This document shows positions 22,945 to 33,659 of a stretch of 44,771 bases of DNA, in pieces. Below the pieces are notes generated by a model. That model did no database searches and was not told where the DNA came from. It saw nothing but the letters and a program-made list of their open reading frames with translations. Position numbers and translations under genes: made by a program. This DNA comes from Asterionella formosa (Eukaryota): positions 62,001 through 106,771 of the forward strand of contig NKIB01008526.1 of assembly GCA_002256025.1 (NCBI GenBank), read 5' to 3'. Numbering within the stretch: the stretch's first letter is position 1; each line of letters begins with the position of its first letter.

Positions 22945-24147
22945 GGTTCCCCTACCGGTAACTGGTTTTGTTTTTGGTGGATGTGAACCCCTATGTAGCT
23001 CGAGGTGGAGTAAAAAATAATAAGAAGTCAGACTAATCAAACACGTCCTTTTTACGTGGAAAATAAATCTGTAAAACGCTCAACAGAGCTTTCACCATTA
23101 GACACCCTTTCCATATGCTTACATGCAGTCTTTGGACAAAGTAGGGGTGTTGGTCCACTCTATATATTGTCAGGATGTAGGATCTGGCAAGAAACGGCAG
23201 AAAGGCACTTCGGTTTTTTCTGTGCTAAAAAGACTAGAACATTCAGGGGAAATATGTTGCTTTGGTAAATTTCTTTCTGCAGTTTCTTGCTGGAAGATGA
23301 AAACTGATACTATTTGAAAGTTACCTAGCTATGTATTGAAATCGCCTTCAGACCCAGTTAACGTTGAGCTATCATTGTCCAAAAATTCGACAAAATCGGC
23401 CTTTCTACAGTCTCCAAAATATCGGAATCAGAATGGCTGATTATGAGCTGAAACATCATCATCATGGAAGCCAGTGCAATTCGCTTGGCTCCTTGTTTTT
23501 CAATAGGGATCGTAACCCCTGCAAAGAACAGTCAGGAAGTTCCATCCAAACACCTCTTCCCAATGGCCTGCAGAAAACTCCGATTAAAAACTTGTACAGA
23601 AGATTTGCGGGCTCTTGATGCCGTAGTAATGTCTTCATCCTTCAATCTGCTGAGAATGGATTCACCTTCCAAGAGCTTTTCCACCAACTCTTCGACATCA
23701 TCCCATCAGCACTGACATTCAGGGCAACTAAAATCACAGCATTCGTAAAAGATGTGACTCTCACATCTCTCTACACCTAACTCCATAATCAGCCGGTCTT
23801 GGCATGTAGGACAACTATCATGAATGTAGTTGAATTTGTCATCGCCGTTTTCATCATTGTGATGTTTAGTTTTTCTCATTGTTGATTGTTGTTTTTTTCT
23901 TACTGGTAGTCATCAACAATATTTGCCATGCTGCCAGATTGTATGGTCTGACACATATATGTTGATCATATTATACAGTATATATCTATACATCGAGAGA
24001 TGTAGAATGTTTATATATATGTTAGCGAATTCGGAAAGAAATCTATGTACATATGCGCAAATTTACAGTCATTTAAAATTTCAAATGGAATCATGTCATC
24101 CAAAATTAGTTCATAAAAATTCTTAGTTCCAGGGAATTTCGGGAACC
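22945..24147. mobile_element. Degenerate Kolobok-like DNA transposon relic, copy B
   Basis: The candidate ends TTAG|GGTTCCC (22945) and GGGAACC|TAAA (24147) form a 7 bp inverted match, with flanks one base from TTAA. 22984-23434 is homologous to 11974-12448 (e.g. GTCTCCAAAATATCGGAATCAGAAT in both). It carries the KolX-like ORF. Confidence 0.55.
23440..23879 (-). pseudogene. Decayed Cys-rich KolX / P2X7-ballast (nanor-like) ORF, copy B
   Basis: From ATG 23879 it reads ...SCPTCQDR...CESHIFYECCDFSCPECQC*WDDVEELVEK...RAR. After a frameshift near 23605 it reads NLLYKFLIGVFCRPLGRGVWMELPDCSLQGLRSL...TGFH, matching the R-xxx-Y...LG-x-G-x-R-xx-LP-x-C...R...GF pattern. Confidence 0.65.
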
Positions 24148-25111
24148 TAAAACAACATTTTAATTTTTGCATAAGGGCTCAAATGCAGGATATAAATCTT
24201 TCTCTGTCAGCCATCCGACTCCATTCACTCCTCCTATTTCAATGTTGGGGGTTTCATTTATTCACATCTCATTTTCCTTTGTGCCGCAATCATCAATTTA
24301 GGATCGACCCCTGCTCCGATTAGAACCCAGACCAATTCACAACATCAAAATGCCAAGAGTTGGGGAGATCCCACAGCGTCCATTAAACTAATAGCTCGTA
24401 AGCTTATAGTCGAATCAAAACTTGCTCAAACACGGTTGGAAAAAACCTGGCCGACAACTGTCATCTCATATCATTCAAAGATCACCTAGTGATTCAACCT
24501 TGCTTGCTATCAATAACACTTCCACTGAGCATCCATTGATCACATCTTGGTAGAAAGACTCAAATGTTGACCTGTTAGGTATAAAAGAAAGGTCTGAGCC
24601 TTGATGATAATTACTATGTTGTAATCCTTGATCAATGGGACAATTGGGGCTTGAGAGTGCATCAATCTTGTTAATTCTAATTTGACTGTTTTTGAATTCA
24701 AAATGAAGTATCTAACTAGAAGTAGTAGTATTTGTTGAATATATTAGCTTATTAGTTAGTCCTTGTGTACAACTCGTTCTTCTAGGTTGACACCAAAGTA
24801 TTCAATATTGTAGGTGTTAGTCGAGTTCTCTCCTGATAGAGTGCTGCTATAATTTATTTAACCCTAACCCTGTAAGAGTATGTGGAGTTGAGCGGGGTCT
24901 CTCACCACCTGTTCTATTACCGGTATTCTTATTCAAGATTTTAGTTGAGGTGTAACTACTACCGGATCACCGGTATACCAGTACTGGTGTTAAAATCGTG
25001 ACAACAACTCGGGCAATCATTCCAATTCCGACCAGCAAGCAACCAACCGCACTCTACGGACCCATACTCCCTAGCTTGCTCAAAGGTACCGAACCAATCT
25101 AGACATTTATA

Positions 25112-26863
25112 ATGGCTGACGTCGCCCCATACAATGAAGATGAAGGCGAAGAAGAAGAACAAGGACGACGGCGACGCGAGTATGAAATTGAAGAACTGTT
25201 TCTACGCCAAGTCGAATTAGAGGACGATCATCAGCATCATCGCGACGAAGGAGAGCAAGCAGCACCAGAGCCTGAGCTGGAAACTCCCGCAAGGCCACTC
25301 CGGATATCGTATACGCAAGCGTCCTTTGGAGCTGCGCTTGGCGTTTTGTGGTATGCATTGCGTACAAGGCAACAGTGGTACCTAGCCTTGGTTTTTATAT
25401 CCTCCTCCAAGTGTGCATATATTGTCCTTGGCAACGCCCTGATTGCGCTCTGCATTTCTCTCTTTCGCTTCTTCACTAATATATTTTTGGGAGGCCTCCG
25501 TCTCGTTGAATCGGAAGGCCTTGGCGACTTTTTCAGATGGAATGTCACTGAAACCTGCCTCGCGCTCACCATGTTTCGCTCAGAGATTAGTGTACAAACT
25601 TGTATTTTGTTTCTCTTTTTGGTTTTGGTCAAATGCTTGCATTGGGTGGTGGAGCTTAGAGAAGGGCATCTGCGCATGACTCAAGAAGCAGTGGTTGCTG
25701 TTCAGCGAGGCGCATTCATGCAGGGATTTCCAACTCTCACCAAGTCGACATTTGGGATTTGGGCATTTTTGCAAGTACTGTTCGTCTTGGATGTGGCAGG
25801 AGTAGCTTTTTGCGCTCACCATATATACCTAGAAGGACCGTCTGTGTATCTTCTCTTTGGTTTTGAAGCTGCCATCCTCTTCGTGACGAGCGTGTCGCTC
25901 TCGTCGTTGTGGTATCTTCATGTGCTGGATGGCTTCCTTCATTATTTGCACGACGAGACAAGAATAAATGTCTCCCGAATGTTGCATATTTGGAAAGATC
26001 GAAAGGCGACTATCATTTTCGCCATTGAAGTGCAAGCCCAGGGTGCCAAGTTCCTTGCATATATCGCATTTTTTGCTGTCGTTCTTACTTACTATGGTAT
26101 CCCAATTAATCTATTTCGAGAAGTCTACATGTCCTTTCAGTCTCTTAAGAATCGGTTGATTGCATTTGCCAAATACAATCAGCTTATGACCAGCATGAAC
26201 CGATTCGAGAGCATTGACAGCGACGATGAACTTGACAAAGTCGGACGAACTTGCATTATTTGCCGGGACGACATGACCTTGGGAGATAGTAAGAAGTTAC
26301 CAGGATGTGGTCACGCCTTTCATAAATCGTGCCTCCGTGAGTGGCTGGTCCAGCAACAGACATGTCCAACGTGTCGCGGGGACATTAGCGTCATGGAAGG
26401 GCGAGCACGCCAGGAGAGGCAACAACAAGCTGCCGCTGAAGCTGCACGGGCGAACTCTGAGCGACAAAGACAAGACGAAGGAACCGCTGAGTCGATCCAT
26501 GCAGTAGTACCCTCTCCAACAAACGATTCACCTCCTCTCCCTAACAATTTGGTGTACCCAGAACGTCCTGCCTCTGTTCATGACCCAATTTTTGCTGATC
26601 ACTTTGCACCGAACTCACAGATTGAACATCTTACCTTTCCGGCACTTTACCAAGTGTCATCCGCAACCGGGGCCCAGGTCATTCGAGATGATGGTAGCAT
26701 TTGTCGAATCATCTCATTTAATAAGGGGGTCTTGGTGATTGGCTCAAAGTGGCAAGTTGTCAGCCTAGCTGACAACTCGACGCATCGGCGCCTCTTCTTG
26801 CAGGTTCCTGACGGATGGATCCCCGAAAGCGAAGTCAAGTCTCTCTTGCGAATTCCAGCATAA
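25112..26863 (+). CDS. HRD1: ERAD E3 ubiquitin ligase, HRD1/synoviolin family (multi-TM + RING-H2)
   Basis: Intronless 583 aa ORF. It has HRD1-type TM-region motifs (IFLGGLRLVESE, TETCLALTMFR, VKCLHW, LLFGFEAAIL, YYGIPINLFREVY) and a RING-H2 CIICRDDM...KKLPGCGHAFHKSCLREWLVQQQTCPTCR. Confidence 0.93.
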   Translation: MADVAPYNEDEGEEEEQGRRRREYEIEELFLRQVELEDDHQHHRDEGEQAAPEPELETPARPLRISYTQASFGAALGVLWYALRTRQQWYLALVFISSSKCAYIVLGNALIALCISLFRFFTNIFLGGLRLVESEGLGDFFRWNVTETCLALTMFRSEISVQTCILFLFLVLVKCLHWVVELREGHLRMTQEAVVAVQRGAFMQGFPTLTKSTFGIWAFLQVLFVLDVAGVAFCAHHIYLEGPSVYLLFGFEAAILFVTSVSLSSLWYLHVLDGFLHYLHDETRINVSRMLHIWKDRKATIIFAIEVQAQGAKFLAYIAFFAVVLTYYGIPINLFREVYMSFQSLKNRLIAFAKYNQLMTSMNRFESIDSDDELDKVGRTCIICRDDMTLGDSKKLPGCGHAFHKSCLREWLVQQQTCPTCRGDISVMEGRARQERQQQAAAEAARANSERQRQDEGTAESIHAVVPSPTNDSPPLPNNLVYPERPASVHDPIFADHFAPNSQIEHLTFPALYQVSSATGAQVIRDDGSICRIISFNKGVLVIGSKWQVVSLADNSTHRRLFLQVPDGWIPESEVKSLLRIPA

Positions 26864-27053
26864 AACCTAGCTTCACATTAGTAAATATTACCTAAAAGAT
26901 TTCTGTGAGAAGTATATCCTCTGGGTAGTTTCATACTTCAAAACTAATTCTCAAATTGAGTAATTCTAAATATTGAGGCTGATACTGCTACCTCCTAAAG
27001 GAATTGTAGGATCGTGTCCTGACATCACAATCGTAGGTGACTGGTTTAAAGAG

Positions 27054-27746
27054 CTACGCGGTCATGACGCGTCGCGTGCTGGACTTCTTTGACTTTCTGG
27101 CAGTCTTTCCTACTCGCATAGGTTTTTGCTGACGAGTCAATATTTGCTGCATGGCAATGAACCGGCTTGCCAGTTCTGCGTGTGACATTGCGAGGAGCTC
27201 TTTCTGCAGCTCTTGCTCTTGTTGACTTAAAGAAGATCCACTGTCATCAGGATCGTTGAATTTTTCTTCTGTGGGATCCGTGACTACATTCAACGAACGC
27301 TCGGAAATTATCTTGATCATCCTGCTTCTGTTGAAGGATACATCGCATCGCTGTAACATTCCTCGGTCAAAATCGATGCTCGCGACAGCCTTTTCTGTTT
27401 CTATGACGGTATTGGAATCGTCAAGACATAGTGCAATGAGGCGGTCGAGTTCGTCATCGTCCTCGTCAGTTTCTTGATGGTCACACTCCTCCACGTCACT
27501 AAAAACTGTGGAATCCCCAAAATCACCGCAATCAGGGAAGCCGCCCATGAGTAAAGAACGAGGAGGATCGTCGTCTAGTGAATGAACCGAAAACGAGGAT
27601 GACGAAGCGCCAAGCCTACTTTGGGGAGTATCAGGAGATGTTGGCGGAGTAATGTCCGACTTGCTAGTCAACACACTTCGGCAAGAGCTAAGAATGAGAT
27701 TCTGCTCTGTTCTCATTCGTCTAAGGCCCCTTTGGGGAACACTCAT
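27054..27746 (-). CDS. Hypothetical Ser/Asp-rich, largely disordered protein (~230 aa)
   Basis: Open frame with coding-like composition, convergent with HRD1. The first in-frame ATG is at 27746 (MSVPQRGLRRMRTEQNL). It has an acidic centre, a short helical segment and a basic C-terminus, with no recognisable domain. Confidence 0.62.
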   Translation of the reverse strand: MSVPQRGLRRMRTEQNLILSSCRSVLTSKSDITPPTSPDTPQSRLGASSSSFSVHSLDDDPPRSLLMGGFPDCGDFGDSTVFSDVEECDHQETDEDDDELDRLIALCLDDSNTVIETEKAVASIDFDRGMLQRCDVSFNRSRMIKIISERSLNVVTDPTEEKFNDPDDSGSSLSQQEQELQKELLAMSHAELASRFIAMQQILTRQQKPMRVGKTARKSKKSSTRRVMTA

Positions 27747-29131
27747 CGTCAGTTTATGTTTTGTATATTCAATGGAAGCTGATGTTCGCGTGACCACTTC
27801 GAAGTCTGTGGCAGAGCAACACTGTTTCAGAGCATGTGTTGAAAGTAGCGTTGTTGTTGATGAAGTAGCAAACAAAGACTGAGATTATTGCTTGGGCGTT
27901 TGATTTTGGTCCAATTTTTGTAGTCGCCGACGCGAACACAATTTTGTCCGACAGTAAGAAAGCAATGGAAAAATCCACGTACAGCTAGGTCATGAATAAT
28001 AGGCAAATACATGCGGCAATAAAAAAATCGAGTTGAGCATAGTCTCAATCTTCACAGGTCGCCTATGATTCAAGCGGAAATGACTTTCCGGACACACTCG
28101 TATGGACTCCTCTGTCACGTGCCATTATGTGGGGTAGACCTATGTATTTTTATTGATGCATCCTTAAACTAAAAACAAGTGTGAAAAACCTTGTATTTGT
28201 TGGACGCCGTACTGGCAGCATGTTGATTAGTGGGTGTATGTAGTGCCAAATTGGTCTGTTCACTATATCATTCACATATACACCTTCCGGTCATAATCTG
28301 ACAAGAATTTTAGTTTGCGGTCATTCCTGATCCCGTGTACAGAGTAAGATGCTTCGCACCAGGTACGGTAGATATTCTGGTACGATTTCATACTCTGTTA
28401 AACATTATATAACAAATCAAGAGTCTGTTTATTCACATATACTTTAACAGCACCTTTTCTTGTTTCTTGAAGGTTGCCATGCGTTTTCACATCCGGGGTT
28501 CACTATTCTTTTAATATTTATGATTAGTCAAGTGATCAACCAATTACCGGTGCATTCCTTCATGATAGGGACACTATCTTCCTTCACCTTGTCTTTGAAC
28601 AGTTAAACTATGACTGATAACATGGAACCAACATAAGTTCAACAAAACATTTCACCTGCTTCTTGTATTGCATGCACATTCAAGGCATGCGGAAAAGCAG
28701 GAATAGGGGGGAAATCTCCCAACCACTTTCCTCACAAAATAATTTTCAAGTACATGTTTTTCCAAACCAAATGTTAAATGAGTGCTTCACTTGTTACTTC
28801 AGACCAGTTATCCAGTTTAAACGCCCTACCATACCCTCTTTCCTCAACTCAAGAAGCAAACAGATTGTTGACTTTAGTTCTAAACCTCTTTTTTCGTCTT
28901 CTTTCCAATTGCTCTCTCTCTCTTCTTTTCTCCATTAATTATTAGCCTCAATTAATATTCTACTCAACAACTCGGTTCCTGGCGTGAGTATTGGGTCCAT
29001 GAAATGAGGGGATGATTCTTGCACTTGCTATAAATATGGGTTAAACCCATTTGCAAAGCGCCCAGTTTTGTTTCATCCTTCTGTCCCCCTTTGTCTTCCA
29101 ATATCTGTGCTTCTTCAATGAGATCACACCA

Positions 29132-29344
29132 CCTGCAGCCGCTACTACCCCCCCCCCCCCCAACAAACCAATGAGACATTGTCGAATTCCATCAATAGAA
29201 TTTTCTTATCCAGATCATTGAACAACCCATTTGTGATGTTCCTGCAGCTGTTAGTACTACCCCCAACAAACCAATGTGACATCGACAAATTCCATCAAGC
29301 GACGATTCTTACCTGGATCATTGACCAACCCCCTTGTGGCGTTC
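29132..29344. repeat. Tandem duplication of a ~105-109 bp unit, first copy with an expanded poly-C
   Basis: CCTGCAGC..TACTACCCCC(n)AACAAACCAATG.GACAT...AATTCCATCAA...GATCATTGA.CAACCC starts at 29132 and at 29241. Confidence 0.85.
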
Positions 29345-29589
29345 ACAACGAATGCTGGGCTGAGGGCTGAGAAAAGGGACCATGCCACATGCAAGTGGTG
29401 GAATCGGCGCCGACTGTATTAGCTGCGAGAATGACGGCAGCGACGACGATGTTACTCACTAAAAGGATTCGACATGCCAAGCAAGATAATTCTTTATTAA
29501 CTGTAGCAAAAACGATTTGATGGTAGAAGCAGGGGCCAAGGAGTTGAAGACCATCAACTTCATTGAATTCAACCTCAGTTTTGAGCATA

Positions 29590-32500
29590 TTGACATTTAA
29601 CTTGAAGGCATTGATCTCGTGTACATTGAATACTATGTTGGATAGAAATTGGCCTAAAATTGGTGGAGAAATATGGAGTGAAAGTTTGGTTGCTACAGCA
29701 TTGGCTGGTCATGCATCATTCCACAGCAATCACCGAAACTTTTACACATCCTGATGACCAATTTGATCAACATTGGTTTGTTCTGAGTACATTCGAAATG
29801 AAGGCATTGCTTGATCTCATGTAGTTTGAATACTATCTTAGATAGAAATCGGCCTCAAATTGGTTGCGAAAGATGCATTAGAATTTAGGTTGCAATGACA
29901 GCACTGGCTGGTCATCAGTCCACAGCAAGCACCGAGAATTTTACACATTCTGATAACCAATTTGATCAATAGACTGCGCCAGCGTTTTCTAAACTACAAT
30001 GTACAAAAATGTAGTACAAAATAAAGGTCGACAAGGAGGACCATTGATGCCAGGTTTCTTTTATGAAAAGCAGATGCTGGAGTGCAAGGAACAAAATATT
30101 ACATTCATGCTGGTAAAATGAAAATTTGATTATTGTTGTTGTCGTCGTTGTCATTGTTGTCCTTTTTTCTAACTTTGTTGTGTTGCTGTTGTTGTTGTCT
30201 TTGTTGTTATTGTTGTTGTCATTGTCATTGTCGTTGTCGTTGTCCCTGTCCCTGTTCTTTCTGTTGTTATTTCTTTTGTTCTTATTGTTGGAAACAAGGC
30301 GCTGTCTGGTGTTTTGTTGTGGTTACTGTGGCTGTATGCCCTTCTCTTGCTTGTTCTTCACCCTGTGTGTGAACTTGAACATGCATTGTTTGATCTGAAA
30401 TGAAAAAGTTCTTGAAGGCATGTTAATAACCAGCCGTGATCTTACTCTATGAATCTTGTTCTTCACTTTCAGATAAGCAACAAGGATTCTGTTGTGGGCT
30501 GGTTCTGGAAGAAACAGGCAGGCAATCTTTCTTATTCCTTGTCATCACAGAAAGGATGCATCTAAAAGTTCGAGAAATATATGGTAAGCACTTAATATTT
30601 TGGGAAATGGAAACAGGTCCTGTGTTACATTGTTGTTCCTCTTGCTTCTTCTTCTTCTTGTTGCTCTACAGCCACCGGTCCATTACCATATTTGCACAAA
30701 AGTGTTGCAATCTGCACAATGAGTTAGTCAAGGGCATCCGTGATAACTTTTTTCACTAAATATTTAGCAAATCAATAAGCGTTTCTATCATTGATACAAA
30801 AAATTTCCTAGCTAAATTTTAAATGACTTTCTTGTTTACTTAGAAAATCGAAAAAAGTTAAACAGTTTTTTTGTGCTGTTGTCGAAATTGTCATTATACT
30901 AGGGTCAGTTTTATGACATATTCATGGTCTTAGGATGTAGTACCTACATGCTGTTACTATGATAAGGCACTGCTCAATGCATGCATGTCATCCCTAAAGA
31001 ACACCGGTATTATCTGGAGTACCAGCAGGTACAGGTGCTATCTGATGATGGTGATGGTGATGGGGCAGCAAAGCCTACGTATGGACAGTATGTTAGACAC
31101 ATGTATCCTATTGCTTGTACGTACTGCTGGTATCAGGTAGTTTATCTCAACACAGCAACTACGTTTTAACCATGACGAAATTCTTGGACTGAATTTCTCA
31201 TCGAAAATTGACATTGAAGTATTGCTATTTCGTAGATATCATATCTATCCTATCATACCTCAAGGTAGTATAATTATGTACCAAGTTTCATGTATGTGAT
31301 AATTGTCGTGGCTAGTATTTTTATGGAGTTATGGAGTAGGTCATTTTAGAGTTTAATAAAGACATACATGCAGACATCCAACATTACACTTCTTGTTCTA
31401 TACGCGACTAGAAACTTCGCATCGCGAAAATAATCACGAGTTCCTTTGACTACTAATGTATTTTGCATATAGCAACACTTTTGTACAAATAGGCAATTAA
31501 CTCTACAGCCACCACCACTGTCGTGTTCTTCGTCTTGCATTCAGAAATATGTTTGATTGCTGTGCGTTGTAGTTCCTCCTCAACCTCCATTTCACTCTTC
31601 ATCTTCTTGTGTTCGGAATTGTAACAGTGGTCAGTCATGAACTTACTCTCCAAACCTTGTTCTTTTTTAACAGACAATCAATCTCCTGTTTTTGGCAGGG
31701 ACAGGGATGAACCTTGGGAAGGGAAAGAAAGAAATGCGTCTGTGTCAGGCAGGCTAATATCAATCATTTGTTATTCGCATTGTTGAAAGGATTCCCCTGG
31801 TGCAAAAGGGACAAATATATACATGGTAAGCAAGTGTGATGTTTTCTTGCCTTTTGTTGATATTGTTTGCTGTAGTTGTGGATCTCCTCTCCTATTCTCC
31901 TTTTTCTCCTTTCGGAATTGTCAGCGCATGCATACTAACTTATTCGTCATAAAGTAGAAGAAGGGCTTGCTTGTGTGCTTCTTACCTGTCGATCATGTAC
32001 TTACTCTGCGAACTCTGTTCTCTGTCTACAGACAATCAATCGGTTGAGCAAGGATCTTGTTGAAAATCAGGGAGCATGGTAAGCACAACGAAAAACGATG
32101 CCTTTATAAAAAAATTTTGTTAATGAAATCACTCTGTAACTGTTGTTAACTGATTGCAGACAATCAAATTTATTAGGGCTGGGTTGGCCATTGGGGAACA
32201 TGATAAGGAGCATCGCTTCGCAACTTTTGTTTTCTCATCAACTCACCTCATCAACTCACTCTTTGAATGTTGTTCGCTTTCTACAGACAATCAATCTGGG
32301 CAATGAGAAAGAGCAGCTGGTGCAGTTGCTATGAATTGATCTGTTTGTTACAGGGATTCCTGCACATATGAGTAGACAAGCAAGCTTGCGAGTACTCACA
32401 AAATCCAAGTGCAAGAATGAATGTGCATTTCTTGTCTTGTTGGTTTGAGAATCGTGTTCTATAGAAAGTATCAATGTAAAAAATATAATGAAGCGATTAA

Positions 32501-32805
32501 TTTGATTGATCTACTATATCGTCCTATTTGCGATTGTAGATTCTTCTATCTATTTTGAAGAAATTAAAGGTGATTGGTTACACATAATTATTTTTTTGAC
32601 TAGTAGCATATATTTTTGTCACCTTTGAGGTATTAAGGTGATCAGAGTAAAGATAGTAGAATGGGAGCAAACAAACAGAATTAATTCAATTTGGAGTGAA
32701 GAGTGTTTGTGAATGGGAATGTTGCAAATTGTGGAGAAAAGTAGCGTATTATAGAGATTTTTTTTAGTTGGCCCTAAAAATTGAGTGGGTTTCTAAACAA
32801 TTATC
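29590..32805 (-). repeat. Dispersed repeat family, copy 2 (inverted relative to 3808-5800)
   Basis: Colinear reverse-complement match to copy 1. It has about two ~195 bp units (29590-29968), an expanded GTT/GTC simple repeat (30130-30290), an insertion at 30677-31500, and ~400 bp extra at ~32250-32660. Confidence 0.85.
30677..31500. mobile_element. Non-autonomous MULE-like element with ~75 bp imperfect TIRs and an 11-13 bp target duplication
   Basis: CTCTACAGCCACC flanks both sides (30664-30676, 31501-31513). The left TATTTGCACAAAAGTGTTGC...TAGTCAAGGGCATCCGTGATAA is matched in inversion by TAATCACGAGTTCCTTTGACTA...GCAACACTTTTGTACAAATA. The insert is absent at the homologous site near 4850. 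Confidence 0.8.
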
Positions 32806-32903
32806 CCAAAGACCTCGTGAGGATCATAACAAAAACACATCCACAGGACACATACCTAACTGATCAGAATGAGGACACGCCGTCTCAAATCCCGAGGGCT
32901 AAA

Positions 32904-33002
32904 CCATGTTCCACCTGCCACCCAGAAAATTCTATCCCATGTTCCACCTGCCACCCAGAAAATTCTATCCCATGTTCCACCTTCCACCCAGAAAATTCTA
33001 TC
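32904..33002. repeat. 33 bp minisatellite, 3 copies
   Basis: CCATGTTCCACCTGCCACCCAGAAAATTCTATC x3 head-to-tail with one substitution. Confidence 0.95.
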
Positions 33003-33659
33003 AAGACCTTTTCCCCTCAGCCACCCTTCGCAATGCACCAAGATCAACAGTGTTGTTAACTGCTGTCGTTGGCAGGTATCGGGCATATGTGTCGAGATCT
33101 GCTACAGAAAGGCAACACACATTCAGTTACAGGGCGAAAAGAAAAAATTCGCGCAATTCAGGAGCATGAGACAACTCACCCCAACCAGAACAAAAATTGA
33201 CTAGGGCGATCCCGAGTAGCCGAAATGACTGTTCTAAACAGGCCAATTTCAGTTTACTGCGGTATCACCTTTCCAGATAGATCGTCCCCTTCGCAACCAT
33301 CGCTTTCCACAGACATCGTCCCCTTTCCTGAACAATCACGCAGTCACTTTCTTTCGTGTGTCATCACGCCCACCCTGCCAGATCGCCCAAAAAAAGATTT
33401 GCAATTCACCTTACCTCCCCCTCCATCGTTCACGCCGAAAACGAATTTTCCAACACCATATCGTCCACAAATCAAAAGTTACGAAGAAACGCTGCCTGAT
33501 ACCAGCATCTGACAGAATGAGTGAGTCTTGTTGTTGTTTGTCCTCGTATTTGCCCAGGAAGGAAGAATTCCTCCCCGCCAACCACAGCACAGCCCCACGC
33601 ACATGCGCATTCCCAAATACCCCAACCCTCATGACCACGTTGCGCTATATGGCGAACAC

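Noticed and set aside
22747..23040. 98 aa N-terminal extension of the 1422 aa ORF
   Set aside because: It starts at a non-ATG codon inside the Kolobok-like relic and crosses the GGTACC-motif cluster. ATG 22746 is the more plausible start, though the in-frame ATG at 22881 cannot be excluded.
24859..24871. TAACCCTAACCCT telomere-like motif
   Set aside because: Only two units, too short to support an interstitial telomere or a Helitron call.
24180..24900. Possible TE or coding remnant between the Kolobok-like relic and HRD1
   Set aside because: No ORF, TIR or homology to other parts of the window could be supported.
28400..29130. Possible decayed minus-strand coding remnant
   Set aside because: It has short open stretches but no motif I can recognise, so it is left unannotated.
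30126..30398. Hydrophobic or Cys-rich ORFs suggesting a membrane or metal-binding peptide
   Set aside because: They are products of a GTT/GTC simple repeat within a non-coding dispersed repeat.
32904..33002. 33 bp repeat as CRISPR repeats
   Set aside because: The copies are directly adjacent with no spacers.
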